A stretch of DNA of 24,000 nucleotides. Origin: Methanococcoides cohabitans. GTDB lineage: Archaea > Halobacteriota > Methanosarcinia > Methanosarcinales > Methanosarcinaceae. The stretch is taken from assembly GCF_038432375.1 (NCBI RefSeq), contig NZ_JBCAUS010000002.1, positions 722,282 to 746,281 of the forward strand. Direction: 5' to 3'. This document shows positions 8,395 through 16,478 of the stretch, piece by piece. Under the pieces are notes generated by a model, which saw nothing but the letters and a program-made list of their open reading frames with translations, was not told where the DNA came from and ran no database searches. Numbering within the stretch: position 1 is the stretch's first letter; every line of letters starts with the position of its first letter. The translations under genes were made by a program, and so were the position numbers.

Positions 8395-9523
8395 TCACAG
8401 GTTTTTTAGCATTATCTAATATATAAGTTGCAAGGTCTTTCTTCAGTTTCATATAATCTGATGCAGAAAGATCGAGAAGGTCGAGGACACCGTCCCTTAA
8501 GTAGCAGGGCTTTGAAATCTTACAACACCATACAAGACTGCCAAAACAGGTACTGTCTCCGAATTCAAGAGGTGTTCCCTTTGCAAACTCCATTTTGATG
8601 TTAGCAAACTCCTTGGGGCTGTAGCCAAGCTGTCCTGCCTTGTTGTGCACAGCACAGGGTTTGACCGGAAGACAGCAGAATGCAAGTCCCCGAAGGTCTC
8701 CCTCGCCGCGACAGACGTGTTTGGGTGAATTATACCAGCCGATCTGTTCCTGAAGCAAGGTTATTTCCTCGACAAGATCGTCGATCAGATGCGGATCCTG
8801 AAGAGCGCCTCTTGAGACAGAGACCATGTCAGCGCCTCTTGAGAACATCTCTTTGGCATCATAGAAATCAAGAATAGAATTATTCCCAATAAGGAAAAGC
8901 CTGGAAGAATCACGTACACGCAGTATCGCACTCAGGTCCGCGCCTGCACCTTCCTTCATAGCATCAAGGTGAAGAATGTCCGCACCTGCATTTTCCACGG
9001 CCCTTACAAGGGCGATATCATCAACAACGTTTGCCCTTACCTTTACGGAAAGGACGACACCGGTCTCTTTTATCTTAGAAATCCAGTCCGCAAGTCTTGG
9101 CATATCCTTCATTAGTGCTTCGCCAACACCGATAGAGACCATTTCTTCCTGCCTGCAGTGAGCATCCAGCTCAAGAATATAACCGGCATCTTTTATGATC
9201 TCAGCGGCTTTGAGCAATGGTTCAAGGGTCGTGCTCCTGACATTGAAAGCCACAGCACCATTAATATTGACAGCCTTCACCTCATTTTCAAGGAATTCCA
9301 GCGGAGAATCTGTTATGAACTCATCCCGGCCTTTCTCAACAAGTTTGGAAGCGGCTGCATTCGTCTCACTGTCCAGATTATAGCCACCGATCACAGCAAG
9401 ACCGGCATTCTTTGCATGGGTGTTCGCAAACTCACTATTGGTAATACCAGCCATTGGTGCAAGGGCTATGGGGTTACTGAATTTGACATAACCGACCTGC
9501 AGATCAAAAAGTTCATCACTCAC
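8384..9523 (-). CDS. methanogenesis marker protein 9: NifR3/Dus-like FMN TIM barrel fused to an 8-Cys domain
   Basis: The 379-aa protein has an N-terminal NPIALAPMAGITNSEF, the Dus/NifR3-type motif. The C-terminal part has Cys at 271, 283, 284, 290, 326, 333, 334 and 340, including FCCLPVKPC and WCCKISKPC. That duplicated [FWY]CCxxxKPC motif defines methanogenesis marker domain 9. Confidence 0.85.
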   Translation of the reverse strand: MSDELFDLQVGYVKFSNPIALAPMAGITNSEFANTHAKNAGLAVIGGYNLDSETNAAASKLVEKGRDEFITDSPLEFLENEVKAVNINGAVAFNVRSTTLEPLLKAAEIIKDAGYILELDAHCRQEEMVSIGVGEALMKDMPRLADWISKIKETGVVLSVKVRANVVDDIALVRAVENAGADILHLDAMKEGAGADLSAILRVRDSSRLFLIGNNSILDFYDAKEMFSRGADMVSVSRGALQDPHLIDDLVEEITLLQEQIGWYNSPKHVCRGEGDLRGLAFCCLPVKPCAVHNKAGQLGYSPKEFANIKMEFAKGTPLEFGDSTCFGSLVWCCKISKPCYLRDGVLDLLDLSASDYMKLKKDLATYILDNAKKPVNEF

Positions 9524-9574
9524 AATAATAGCCTCATTAAGGTTGCTTTAGCTTAATTTGGGCTCTAAAAGAAA

Positions 9575-9620
9575 GTAGATACATATTAATGTAACGTTAC
9601 AGCAAATAAATATATACAGA
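9575..9620. promoter_or_regulatory. divergent promoter region with two TATA-like boxes flanking a 12-bp perfect palindrome
   Basis: AAATATATA (about 9609-9617) lies roughly 45-50 nt upstream of the plus-strand GTG start at 9661. TTAATATG, read on the minus strand (about 9582-9589), lies roughly 60 nt upstream of the minus-strand ATG at 9523. TGTAACGTTACA (9590-9601) lies between them. Confidence 0.4.
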
Positions 9621-9660
9621 GAACAAGAGAAACAATCCAAAATGAGCAGAGGGACTTCAA

Positions 9661-10452
9661 GTGAATAAGATCAAAGCTGCAGCCATCCAGATGGACATCT
9701 CACAGTGCAATAAAAATGAAAACATCAGCAAAGCGCTCATGCTTTCAGAGAAGGCTATCTCACAAGGTGCAAACCTCATCGTCCTCCCGGAAGTATTCTC
9801 TACCGGCTTCTGCTATGAGGATCTGGAAAATGCAGGCGAGTCTGAACCATTCCCTACGATCGAAAGGCTGAAAGAGTTCTCAAAAAAGAACTCATGTGTC
9901 ATGATAGGTTCAATAATCGAAAAAAAAGAACAGGAAGACACAACCATATTCACAAATCTTGGGTTCTGCATCGAAAAGGGTGAACTTGCTGGAACCTATA
10001 CCAAAACACATCCATTCGGAAGGGAAAAGGGGTATTTCACAGCCGGAAACGATATCCAACCTATATACCTGAAGAGCTATGACCTTACCGTCGGCCTGGA
10101 GATCTGCTATGAGATGCGTTTCCCCGAAATAGCAAGAAAACTGGTGATCGCAGGATCCGATATCCTCGTGACCATTGCCGAATTCCCGAATCCGAGGGAA
10201 TACCAGTGGCGATCCCTTGCCACAGCACGTGCTGTTGAGAACCAGATATACCATATCGCCTGCAACAGGACAGGTTCTGATCCGGATTCCACATTCTTCG
10301 GGGCTACAATGATACTTGACCCTCTTGGAAACGTCCTTGCAGATTCAAAAGATAAAGAATGTTACATCATCCATGAGATCGATACGGAAATAATGGAAAA
10401 AACAAGAAAAGCGATCCCTGTATTCGATGATAGGAGACCTGACCTTTACTAA
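9661..10452 (+). CDS. carbon-nitrogen hydrolase (nitrilase superfamily) protein
   Basis: The 263-aa protein has candidates for the Glu-Lys-Cys triad: LIVLPEVF, YTKTHPF and VGLEICYEMRFPE. The start is a GTG. The first in-frame ATG would delete the conserved first beta strand (IKAAAIQ). Confidence 0.88.
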   Translation: MNKIKAAAIQMDISQCNKNENISKALMLSEKAISQGANLIVLPEVFSTGFCYEDLENAGESEPFPTIERLKEFSKKNSCVMIGSIIEKKEQEDTTIFTNLGFCIEKGELAGTYTKTHPFGREKGYFTAGNDIQPIYLKSYDLTVGLEICYEMRFPEIARKLVIAGSDILVTIAEFPNPREYQWRSLATARAVENQIYHIACNRTGSDPDSTFFGATMILDPLGNVLADSKDKECYIIHEIDTEIMEKTRKAIPVFDDRRPDLY

Positions 10453-10536
10453 AAGGTCCTTATGGTCAAGACCGGGAATTTTAAAAAAATAAGAAGTAGG
10501 AATTACAGATATGAAAGATCATAAGCCTATTATTAA

Positions 10537-10560
10537 ATTTTGAATTTCAGGATTCAAAAT
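10537..10560 (-). terminator. 9-bp perfect hairpin overlapping the marker-12 stop codon, in a convergent intergenic region
   Basis: The sequence is ATTTTGAAT-TTCAGG-ATTCAAAAT (10537-10545 / 10552-10560). On the minus strand it is followed by TTTAATAATA. Confidence 0.4.
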
Positions 10561-11524
10561 GGACCTCAAGTCCAAGGATATGATTAGCACCGCCGGCGAT
10601 GTCACGGGCGATCTCTGCACAACCTATTGCAGCACTCCATTTACCAAGCACCTCCGGCATAACACTCAGATGCTTTCCTATACGCTCCACGACGAACTCA
10701 TGCTCACCCATGGAACCGGCAAGGAATACTTTACCATGCGATCCGAGGTCTTCCATGAGAACCTGCATTGCGGCGATCTCCATGGCCGCAAAGAGTGAGA
10801 TGCGTTCCATTGCAAGCACAGCTTCATCCTCACCATCATCCAATGCTTTGAGAAGCTCATTCACACTGGAATAAGGACTGCGGCTCAATACCCCGGCATT
10901 CATGAAGGCCTCATTGGCACTGTATTTGCCTGCATCGACATCCCTGATAGCCTCAAGGTCAAGAGGACCGTGCTGGGTACCGGGAGCAAATATGCATGCA
11001 TCTATGGCACCTGTAAGCTTGCCTCCACAAACACCAACTGTCACTGTATTGGAACTAATATCGGAGACCACAAGGTTGTCCACACCTTTGCATCTGGCAT
11101 TGTATGCGATCCCGATCTTTTCAGGACTGGTCGAATGTGAGAAAACGTTCAATCGGGGGTCAGTATTGCTCTTCGAATGGATTCCCGGGATCAGCACAGC
11201 AGGTATGACCGAGTCTTTGATCGCATCAAAGACAAGAGTACCTGCACCGGTCTTCTTCCCGACACCTTCAATGCTTACGACTCCGCGGGATTTGACATTC
11301 CTGAGATCCTCAATGGCAGTTATACCATCGCCCATGGAATAGGTGACAGCAGCAAGTTCGATATCGGAGATATCAACTCCAAGACCGGATGTAAATGATC
11401 CGAGGATCTCCTCTCCTGACATGGTAGCCACTTCTGAACGTGGCAGCTCGAATGTCCTTACACCATCCTTATCGATCCCGGCAAAACGCATCGCATTTGT
11501 ACCGTGATCAACCCCGATGAACAT
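10547..11524 (-). CDS. methanogenesis marker protein 12 (ASKHA / BadF-BcrA-like ATPase fold)
   Basis: MFIGVDHGTNAMRFA is an ASKHA phosphate-1 type N-terminus. Size and composition fit the marker-12 family. The track start at 11554 is a TTG. The ATG at 11524 has GGTG 6 nt upstream and lies 19 nt after the upstream stop. Confidence 0.75.
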   Translation of the reverse strand: MFIGVDHGTNAMRFAGIDKDGVRTFELPRSEVATMSGEEILGSFTSGLGVDISDIELAAVTYSMGDGITAIEDLRNVKSRGVVSIEGVGKKTGAGTLVFDAIKDSVIPAVLIPGIHSKSNTDPRLNVFSHSTSPEKIGIAYNARCKGVDNLVVSDISSNTVTVGVCGGKLTGAIDACIFAPGTQHGPLDLEAIRDVDAGKYSANEAFMNAGVLSRSPYSSVNELLKALDDGEDEAVLAMERISLFAAMEIAAMQVLMEDLGSHGKVFLAGSMGEHEFVVERIGKHLSVMPEVLGKWSAAIGCAEIARDIAGGANHILGLEVHFES

Positions 11525-11543
11525 AGTATACACCTGTATAGAC

Positions 11544-11891
11544 TTAGATATCAAAAAGCATAGCGTTAAGTTCTTCCATTACACGCTCACCTTCATCGTG
11601 AGTGGCAACGGTTGTAACGATCCTTATTTCCTGTGATGAGGTTCCATGAGAAATAAGCATTCGAAGGTTGCCTCTCTCATCAGGACGCAGAACCTTTGCA
11701 ACAAGGTTCCCACCCGGGGAACTCTTCCCTTTAACGGTTATGACGGATGGAATAATGCTCTTGACCTCTTCATGCTGACCTATGATACCAAGAACCTTCT
11801 TTCCCTGGCGTTCACCAATAACAGTGGTGTGAGCACCGTGAACTTTGTCTTTTAAAACCGATTCCCAATTTTTAATCGAATTATCTTCCAT
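11544..11891 (-). CDS. conserved hypothetical protein, operon partner of marker protein 12
   Basis: This is a 115-aa ORF with normal codon composition, sitting directly upstream of marker 12 in the same operon. I suspect it belongs to a methanogen-specific DUF but cannot name it with certainty. Confidence 0.6.
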   Translation of the reverse strand: MEDNSIKNWESVLKDKVHGAHTTVIGERQGKKVLGIIGQHEEVKSIIPSVITVKGKSSPGGNLVAKVLRPDERGNLRMLISHGTSSQEIRIVTTVATHDEGERVMEELNAMLFDI

Positions 11892-11940
11892 GCACGAAAT
11901 TTGAAAAGCTGATATAAAAACGTTACTGAGATATATAAAT

Positions 11941-11990
11941 CAAAAAAGAAACGAAAAGAAAAGGAAAGGATATGCACCTTCACAGTGCAT
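11941..11990 (-). terminator. hairpin plus long oligo-T terminator after the ACT-domain gene
   Basis: The minus strand reads ATGCAC-TGTGAAG-GTGCAT followed by ATCCTTTCCTTTTCTTTTCGTTTCTTTTTTG. TATA-like ATTTATATAT (11931-11940) and TTTTTATATC (11911-11920) follow, as candidate promoters for the next operon. Confidence 0.55.
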
Positions 11991-11998
11991 TTATCCAG

Positions 11999-12424
11999 TT
12001 AAATGTTGTGTACGTCACTCATGTCGAGCAAACGAACGCTTGCACCATCAAGGGCCTTTACAGCACCCCTGATGTCATTCACACGTACGATAAGGAAAGC
12101 CTTCTCGGTCTTTGTGACAAATGCATAAGCATAATCGATATTGATGTTCTTTTCACTGAGAACATCTGCGATCATTGCAAGCTGCCCCGGAATATCCTCC
12201 ATCTCCACACCAAGGACATTGGTCTCCGATACAGTGAATCCTGCATCATGGAGTACTTTGTGAGCCATATCCGGTTCATCCACAACCATCCTGATTATTC
12301 CGAAGTCTCCGGCCTCTGCAATGGTAAATGCACGAATGTTAATGCCGGCTTCCTTGAACTTCTCAGCAATGTTTGCAAGCCTTCCCGGCTTGTTCTCTGC
12401 AAATAATGAGATCTGTTTGATCAT
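11999..12424 (-). CDS. ACT domain-containing protein (tandem ACT)
   Basis: The 141-aa protein has MIKQISLFAENKPGRLANIAEKFKEAGINI and a second copy, VLGVEMEDIPGQLAMIADVLSEKNINI. It lies immediately downstream of a PaaK-type ligase, as is common in archaea. Confidence 0.85.
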   Translation of the reverse strand: MIKQISLFAENKPGRLANIAEKFKEAGINIRAFTIAEAGDFGIIRMVVDEPDMAHKVLHDAGFTVSETNVLGVEMEDIPGQLAMIADVLSEKNINIDYAYAFVTKTEKAFLIVRVNDIRGAVKALDGASVRLLDMSDVHNI

Positions 12425-12481
12425 TTTCTCTTCTATGAGATCAACCCCTTAAGTTCTATTAGAATGACTGTTTCTAATGTA

Positions 12482-13786
12482 TTATATCTTTCTGTTATCG
12501 ATCACTTTCTTTGCCTTGCCCATTGAACGTGGAAGTGAACCGTGTTCAACAAGTTCGACCTTGACAGCAATGTTCAGTACGCTCTTAAGGGCTCCACCCA
12601 CCTTTTTCTCAAGGTCCATGAGATCATTGATCTTGTCACTGAAAGCAGCCTCATTCATTTCGATCTGCACCTTCATGACGTCAAGTTCGTTGATCCTGTC
12701 AACGATGATCATGAAGTGCTCACCTACCTCAGGGATCTTCATAAGGACTGATTCGACCTGTCCGGGGAATACATTGATTCCACGAACGATAAGCATGTCA
12801 TCAGCACGTCCGAGCACACGCATAATACGTGGGTGTGTACGTCCACATTCACATTCGTCCCAGTTAAGTACGGTTATGTCCCCGATCCTGTATCTGATAA
12901 GTGGCAATGCTTCTTTCACAAGTGTTGTGATCACAAGCTCACCACGTTCTCCGTTCGGCACAGGTTCACCGGTCTCAGGGTTGATGACCTCCACAAGGAA
13001 CTGGTCTGCCCATATGTGGATACCTTTCTGGTACTGGCATTCAGTAAAGAGGGGGCCGCTAAGTTCGGATGTTCCGAAAATATCGTATGCTTTGATACCT
13101 GTGGAATCCTCGATCCTCTTACGCATCTCCTCTGACCATGGCTCAGCACCAAGTACACCCACACGAAGTTTTGTGTCATCCTGAAAGCTGATACCTGCCT
13201 CCCTTGCTGCCTCGATCATGAACAGAAGGTAGGAAGGAGTGCATGCGATCACACTGGAGCCAAGGTCCTGCATAAGCTCGATCTGCCTTTCAGTATTACC
13301 GGAGCTTGTTGGAAGAACAGTACAGCCTGCTTCCTCAGCACCATAGTGCATACCAAGACCACCTGTGAAAAGACCGTAGCCATAACCTATCTGCATGACA
13401 TCGTCCCTTCCGACACCAATGGATGTCAGTGCACGTGCAAGGGAAGTAGACCATGCTTTGATATCATTATCAGTGTAACCGACAACTGTTGGCTTACCGG
13501 TAGTTCCGGATGAAACGTGGAATCGTACAAGCTTGTTGTTGGGAACACAGAACATACCTGTCGGGTAGGTGTCCCTAAGGTCCTGCTTGAATGTGAACGG
13601 AAGCTTTGTAACATCATCCAGTGTCTTTATGTCCTCGGGTTTTACACCTGCTTCATCGAACCTCTTCCTGTAAAAAGGAGAATGCTCATAAACATATTTC
13701 ACGAGCTGGCATAATTTCTGTTCCTGTACTTTTTTTAACTCGTCGACAGGCATTCTCTCGATCTGTGGATTCCAGTATTCTATCAT
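12482..13786 (-). CDS. paaK: phenylacetate-CoA ligase family (aryl/indole-acetate CoA ligase)
   Basis: The 434-aa protein has MIEYWNPQIERMPVDELKKVQEQKL...HSPFYRKRFDEAGVKPEDIKTLDDVTKLPFTFKQDLRDTYP...SSGTTGKPT, the PaaK/adenylate-forming signature. Confidence 0.9.
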   Translation of the reverse strand: MIEYWNPQIERMPVDELKKVQEQKLCQLVKYVYEHSPFYRKRFDEAGVKPEDIKTLDDVTKLPFTFKQDLRDTYPTGMFCVPNNKLVRFHVSSGTTGKPTVVGYTDNDIKAWSTSLARALTSIGVGRDDVMQIGYGYGLFTGGLGMHYGAEEAGCTVLPTSSGNTERQIELMQDLGSSVIACTPSYLLFMIEAAREAGISFQDDTKLRVGVLGAEPWSEEMRKRIEDSTGIKAYDIFGTSELSGPLFTECQYQKGIHIWADQFLVEVINPETGEPVPNGERGELVITTLVKEALPLIRYRIGDITVLNWDECECGRTHPRIMRVLGRADDMLIVRGINVFPGQVESVLMKIPEVGEHFMIIVDRINELDVMKVQIEMNEAAFSDKINDLMDLEKKVGGALKSVLNIAVKVELVEHGSLPRSMGKAKKVIDNRKI

Positions 13787-13836
13787 AGTATCACACTATT
13801 GTTGATTAATATTGATGATGGTTTTGTCATAACCAT

Positions 13837-14802
13837 TTATAAACTCAACGGGTTTTCCTTTCCTTGCAATATTTGTTTTACAGACTCGACGCATTCAAAG
13901 AGCACAGTATCCATATCGGCAACAACATCAATACCTGCAGCACCTGCATGGCCTCCGCCTGTACCTTCATAGTGACCACTGATCTCTTCCATGATCTTGC
14001 CAAGGTTAACACCCGCATTCACAGCATCACGCTTTGCGCGACCACTTACCCTTATGCTTTCACCCCGGGCAGTTCCCACAAAAGCAACATCACCGCCAAT
14101 ATTGATCAGCATGGACGATGCAGAGCCTCCAAAGGAACTTACATTTGAGGTCACAACCAGCCAGTTGCCCACACGCTCTATTGTTGCACGTGAAGCAGAC
14201 TTGAGCATTGCGATCCTCATTGAAACATCCTGTGGAGTGGATGCCATCATGTCAAGCACTTCTGCATACTCCACACCACTTGACTCGATGATCTCGCCAA
14301 AGGTCTTGAAGGTCTTGCTTGTTGCATGTTTGAAATGACCGGTATCAGTAACAATGCCTGCCATCAATCCCAGTGCCATCCTATGCATAATGGGAGCACC
14401 CATACAATTCAGGACATCGTAAACGATCTCTGCCACCGACGTTGCATTGCGGTGAAGATAAAAAGAAGCATTTTCAGTAAGTGCGGTGGTTGCATGATGG
14501 TCTATCACGCAGTAATTGGAAAGTTCTATATCATTAAGCTGTGCGCTGGTAGATGTATCTACTACGACTACCAGATCATAATCTTTCGGATCCGGGCTTT
14601 CTACTACATCGATCTCCAGTTTATCTACAAGAAGGGATGCAACCCTGTTACACCCGTCAACCAGCCCTACGGTACCCCCGATTGCCTCAGAGAGTGCAAA
14701 TGCACTGCTTATGGCGTCGGGATCGGCATTACGATGGCATAGATATAAGATATTGTGATAATCCAGAAGTCGATTGTAGAAGCCAACTTCATCAACCTGC
14801 AT
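13837..14802 (-). CDS. DHH/DHHA1 family phosphoesterase (NrnA-like)
   Basis: The 321-aa protein carries the DHH motifs HRNADPDAISS, VVVDTS, VIDHH and GIVTDTGHF, plus the DHHA1 motif GGGHAGAAG. Confidence 0.88.
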   Translation of the reverse strand: MQVDEVGFYNRLLDYHNILYLCHRNADPDAISSAFALSEAIGGTVGLVDGCNRVASLLVDKLEIDVVESPDPKDYDLVVVVDTSTSAQLNDIELSNYCVIDHHATTALTENASFYLHRNATSVAEIVYDVLNCMGAPIMHRMALGLMAGIVTDTGHFKHATSKTFKTFGEIIESSGVEYAEVLDMMASTPQDVSMRIAMLKSASRATIERVGNWLVVTSNVSSFGGSASSMLINIGGDVAFVGTARGESIRVSGRAKRDAVNAGVNLGKIMEEISGHYEGTGGGHAGAAGIDVVADMDTVLFECVESVKQILQGKENPLSL

Positions 14803-14813
14803 TGCTACCTCTC

Positions 14814-14863
14814 ATCTTTTTACAGAAGCATGATCCGGAGGAACAGAGTTCACGTAAAAAGAT
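14814..14863 (-). promoter_or_regulatory. 10-bp perfect inverted repeat with a 30-nt spacer between pfdB and the DHH gene
   Basis: ATCTTTTTAC (14814-14823) and GTAAAAAGAT (14854-14863) form the arms. The spacer holds a small GAAC/GTTC hairpin. On the minus-strand transcript the first-transcribed arm carries a T5 run, and the element abuts the GAGAGG ribosome-binding site of the DHH gene. Confidence 0.35.
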
Positions 14864-14883
14864 AATAGGCGGGTTTACAAGGA

Positions 14884-15237
14884 TTACTGTCCCTGTGTAC
14901 CCATTGACTGCTGAAGTTGTTCCTGAAGCTGGGTAAAACGCTTTGAGATGCGCTCTTCCTGGCGGGAGATTGACTGAAGCCTTAATGAAAGTGTCTCAAG
15001 CCTTTCTTTCAATTTTGCTACGGTCTCTTCCTTGTTGGACTGGATCTGAAGGTCTCCTACAGCCCTGTAAACAACAGCATCATCGGAAAGCTTTTCAAGC
15101 TCTTCAAGCGCCATTTCGATCTCTTTCTGCATGGAAGACATCTGGTTCTTCTGCATTGCAAGAGACTGCGCCTGCTGCTGAACCTGCTGCAATTGTGCAA
15201 GCTGGTTCTGTACTTGTGGGGGTATTTCTGAACTCAT
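14884..15237 (-). CDS. pfdB: prefoldin subunit beta
   Basis: The 117-aa coiled-coil protein reads QNQLAQLQQVQQQAQSL...VYRAVGDLQIQSNKEETVAKLKERLETLSLRL. AGGTGA lies 9 nt upstream. This is the terminal gene of the exosome superoperon. Confidence 0.92.
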   Translation of the reverse strand: MSSEIPPQVQNQLAQLQQVQQQAQSLAMQKNQMSSMQKEIEMALEELEKLSDDAVVYRAVGDLQIQSNKEETVAKLKERLETLSLRLQSISRQEERISKRFTQLQEQLQQSMGTQGQ

Positions 15238-15321
15238 TTTGGTTTCACCTGACCAGTCAATAAACCTGAAATGATTTTAATGTTTCTATTAATAAGAAAG
15301 CAAAACAGAAAGCAGGGTATC

Positions 15322-15576
15322 TTATGCGCCCTTGAAGGCACTCCTGCCGACCACACATACGTCGTGCGCGATCTGTATAAGACGAAGCCAGGTATTTAAC
15401 GTGGAACGCATGGAAATGATGTCATCTGAATTCACCCTCATTACAAGCGAGGAGTCCCTTACCTCCACATCCACAGAAGAACGGTCGGTCACGGTACTTT
15501 CAAGTTCAGGGAGAATAGACCGGTAAACAGCTTCAGGATCATCCATCAGTATGACCGATTCAGAAGATAGCTTCAA
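15322..15576 (-). CDS. pcc1: KEOPS complex subunit Pcc1
   Basis: The 84-aa protein has the pattern ...DPEAVYRSILPEL...SMRSTLNTWLRLIQIAHDV, typical of Pcc1/CTAG family members. Its TTG start overlaps the Brix gene stop (TTGA). Confidence 0.75.
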   Translation of the reverse strand: MKLSSESVILMDDPEAVYRSILPELESTVTDRSSVDVEVRDSSLVMRVNSDDIISMRSTLNTWLRLIQIAHDVCVVGRSAFKGA

Positions 15577-16040
15577 TTGTCTGCCCCCGGAACCCTGTAG
15601 CTCTTTATATTAAGTCTGAAAAGCAACTTTCCGGAATAGAAGAACTCCAAATGGTCACCTTCAACTTTAATACATTTACCTTCCCCATAACAGTCATCCT
15701 GATAAATATCAAAGTAATGTGCAAGGAGATTTCCAACTTCCGATTCACCCATAATGACCGGTTCAAAGGACTTTAAATTCGTGAACTTATAGTCCTCGGG
15801 ATAGAACATGCTCAGACGAATGGATAAAAGCTCATCTCCACCCTCACCGTAGAACAAGAGACTGCCGGGACTGCCATGATAATCACCGACGACCATTACA
15901 TGAGGATCATCGGAATATGACATCACTTCAGCAAGACCCATTTTTCCCCGGGTCAGATATTTACAATTAAAAAAGGATGCCAAATACTTGCACAAAGTGC
16001 GAGTATTGACAGAAGGTTTGCGAGAAGAAGTTATTAACAT
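15573..16040 (-). CDS. Brix domain (Imp4-like) ribosome biogenesis protein
   Basis: The 155-aa protein starts MLITSSRKPSVNTRTLCKYLASFF, the archaeal Brix N-terminus. It occupies the conserved position after rpoP. Confidence 0.85.
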   Translation of the reverse strand: MLITSSRKPSVNTRTLCKYLASFFNCKYLTRGKMGLAEVMSYSDDPHVMVVGDYHGSPGSLLFYGEGGDELLSIRLSMFYPEDYKFTNLKSFEPVIMGESEVGNLLAHYFDIYQDDCYGEGKCIKVEGDHLEFFYSGKLLFRLNIKSYRVPGADN

Positions 16041-16045
16041 ACTTC

Positions 16046-16186
16046 TTACTCGACTTTTACTGTTTTGATCGATGCCTGTGGCCTTTCTTTTACAAGTATC
16101 CTGTGTCCGCAGTAAGGACAGCGGATACCTGTATATTCATAGTCGATCTCGACCGGGCGCTTGCATCGAGTACACTTGTAGTCCAT
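16046..16186 (-). CDS. rpoP: DNA-directed RNA polymerase subunit P (Rpo12)
   Basis: This gene is absent from the ORF track because it is too short. My own translation of the minus strand gives [46 protein letters not shown] (46 aa). It has a CxxC...CxxC zinc ribbon. It lies 4 nt after the rpl37ae stop and 5 nt before the Brix start, the canonical position. Confidence 0.88.
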   Translation of the reverse strand: MDYKCTRCKRPVEIDYEYTGIRCPYCGHRILVKERPQASIKTVKVE

Positions 16187-16190
16187 ATGA

Positions 16191-16478
16191 TTACTCAACC
16201 TGTTCAGTGGCTTTCTTAACAGACCTCATTACAGTACTACCTACTGTAGTAGTTGGAAGGTATGTGCCACCTGCAAAGGTATATCCACACTTTTTACATT
16301 TCCAGATGCCAGTCCCAACTCTCTTTACAGTCAGGCGTGCACAGTTTGCACACTTGTGTGGCATGTGCATCTTTTCTTCAAGATCCGCAACCAGCTTACG
16401 GTCTCTTCTTCCATAGCGTGTGCCGAACCTTCCTGCAGATCGGGACACACGTCCTTTCCTTGAGTATTTTTTTGCCAT
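16191..16478 (-). CDS. rpl37ae: 50S ribosomal protein L37Ae (eL43)
   Basis: The 95-aa protein has [15 protein letters not shown] plus the zinc ribbon [36 protein letters not shown] lies upstream. Confidence 0.95.
   Translation of the reverse strand: MAKKYSRKGRVSRSAGRFGTRYGRRDRKLVADLEEKMHMPHKCANCARLTVKRVGTGIWKCKKCGYTFAGGTYLPTTTVGSTVMRSVKKATEQVE

Noticed and set aside
12477-13184. 235-aa plus-strand ORF, plus other long antisense ORFs: 16497-17162 (221 aa), 3053-3643 (196 aa), 4382-4888 (168 aa), 6668-7135 (155 aa), 10902-11342 (146 aa) and 11972-12406 (144 aa)
   Set aside because: All lie antisense to strongly recognisable conserved genes (paaK, rrp42, the PAS sensor, the deaminase/DUF447 pair, marker 12 and the ACT protein). 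They have Ser/Cys/Thr/Leu-rich low-complexity translations and no start context. These are typical shadow ORFs.
16072-16416. 114-aa plus-strand ORF
   Set aside because: It is antisense to rpoP and rpl37ae, both of which have clear zinc-ribbon family signatures on the minus strand.
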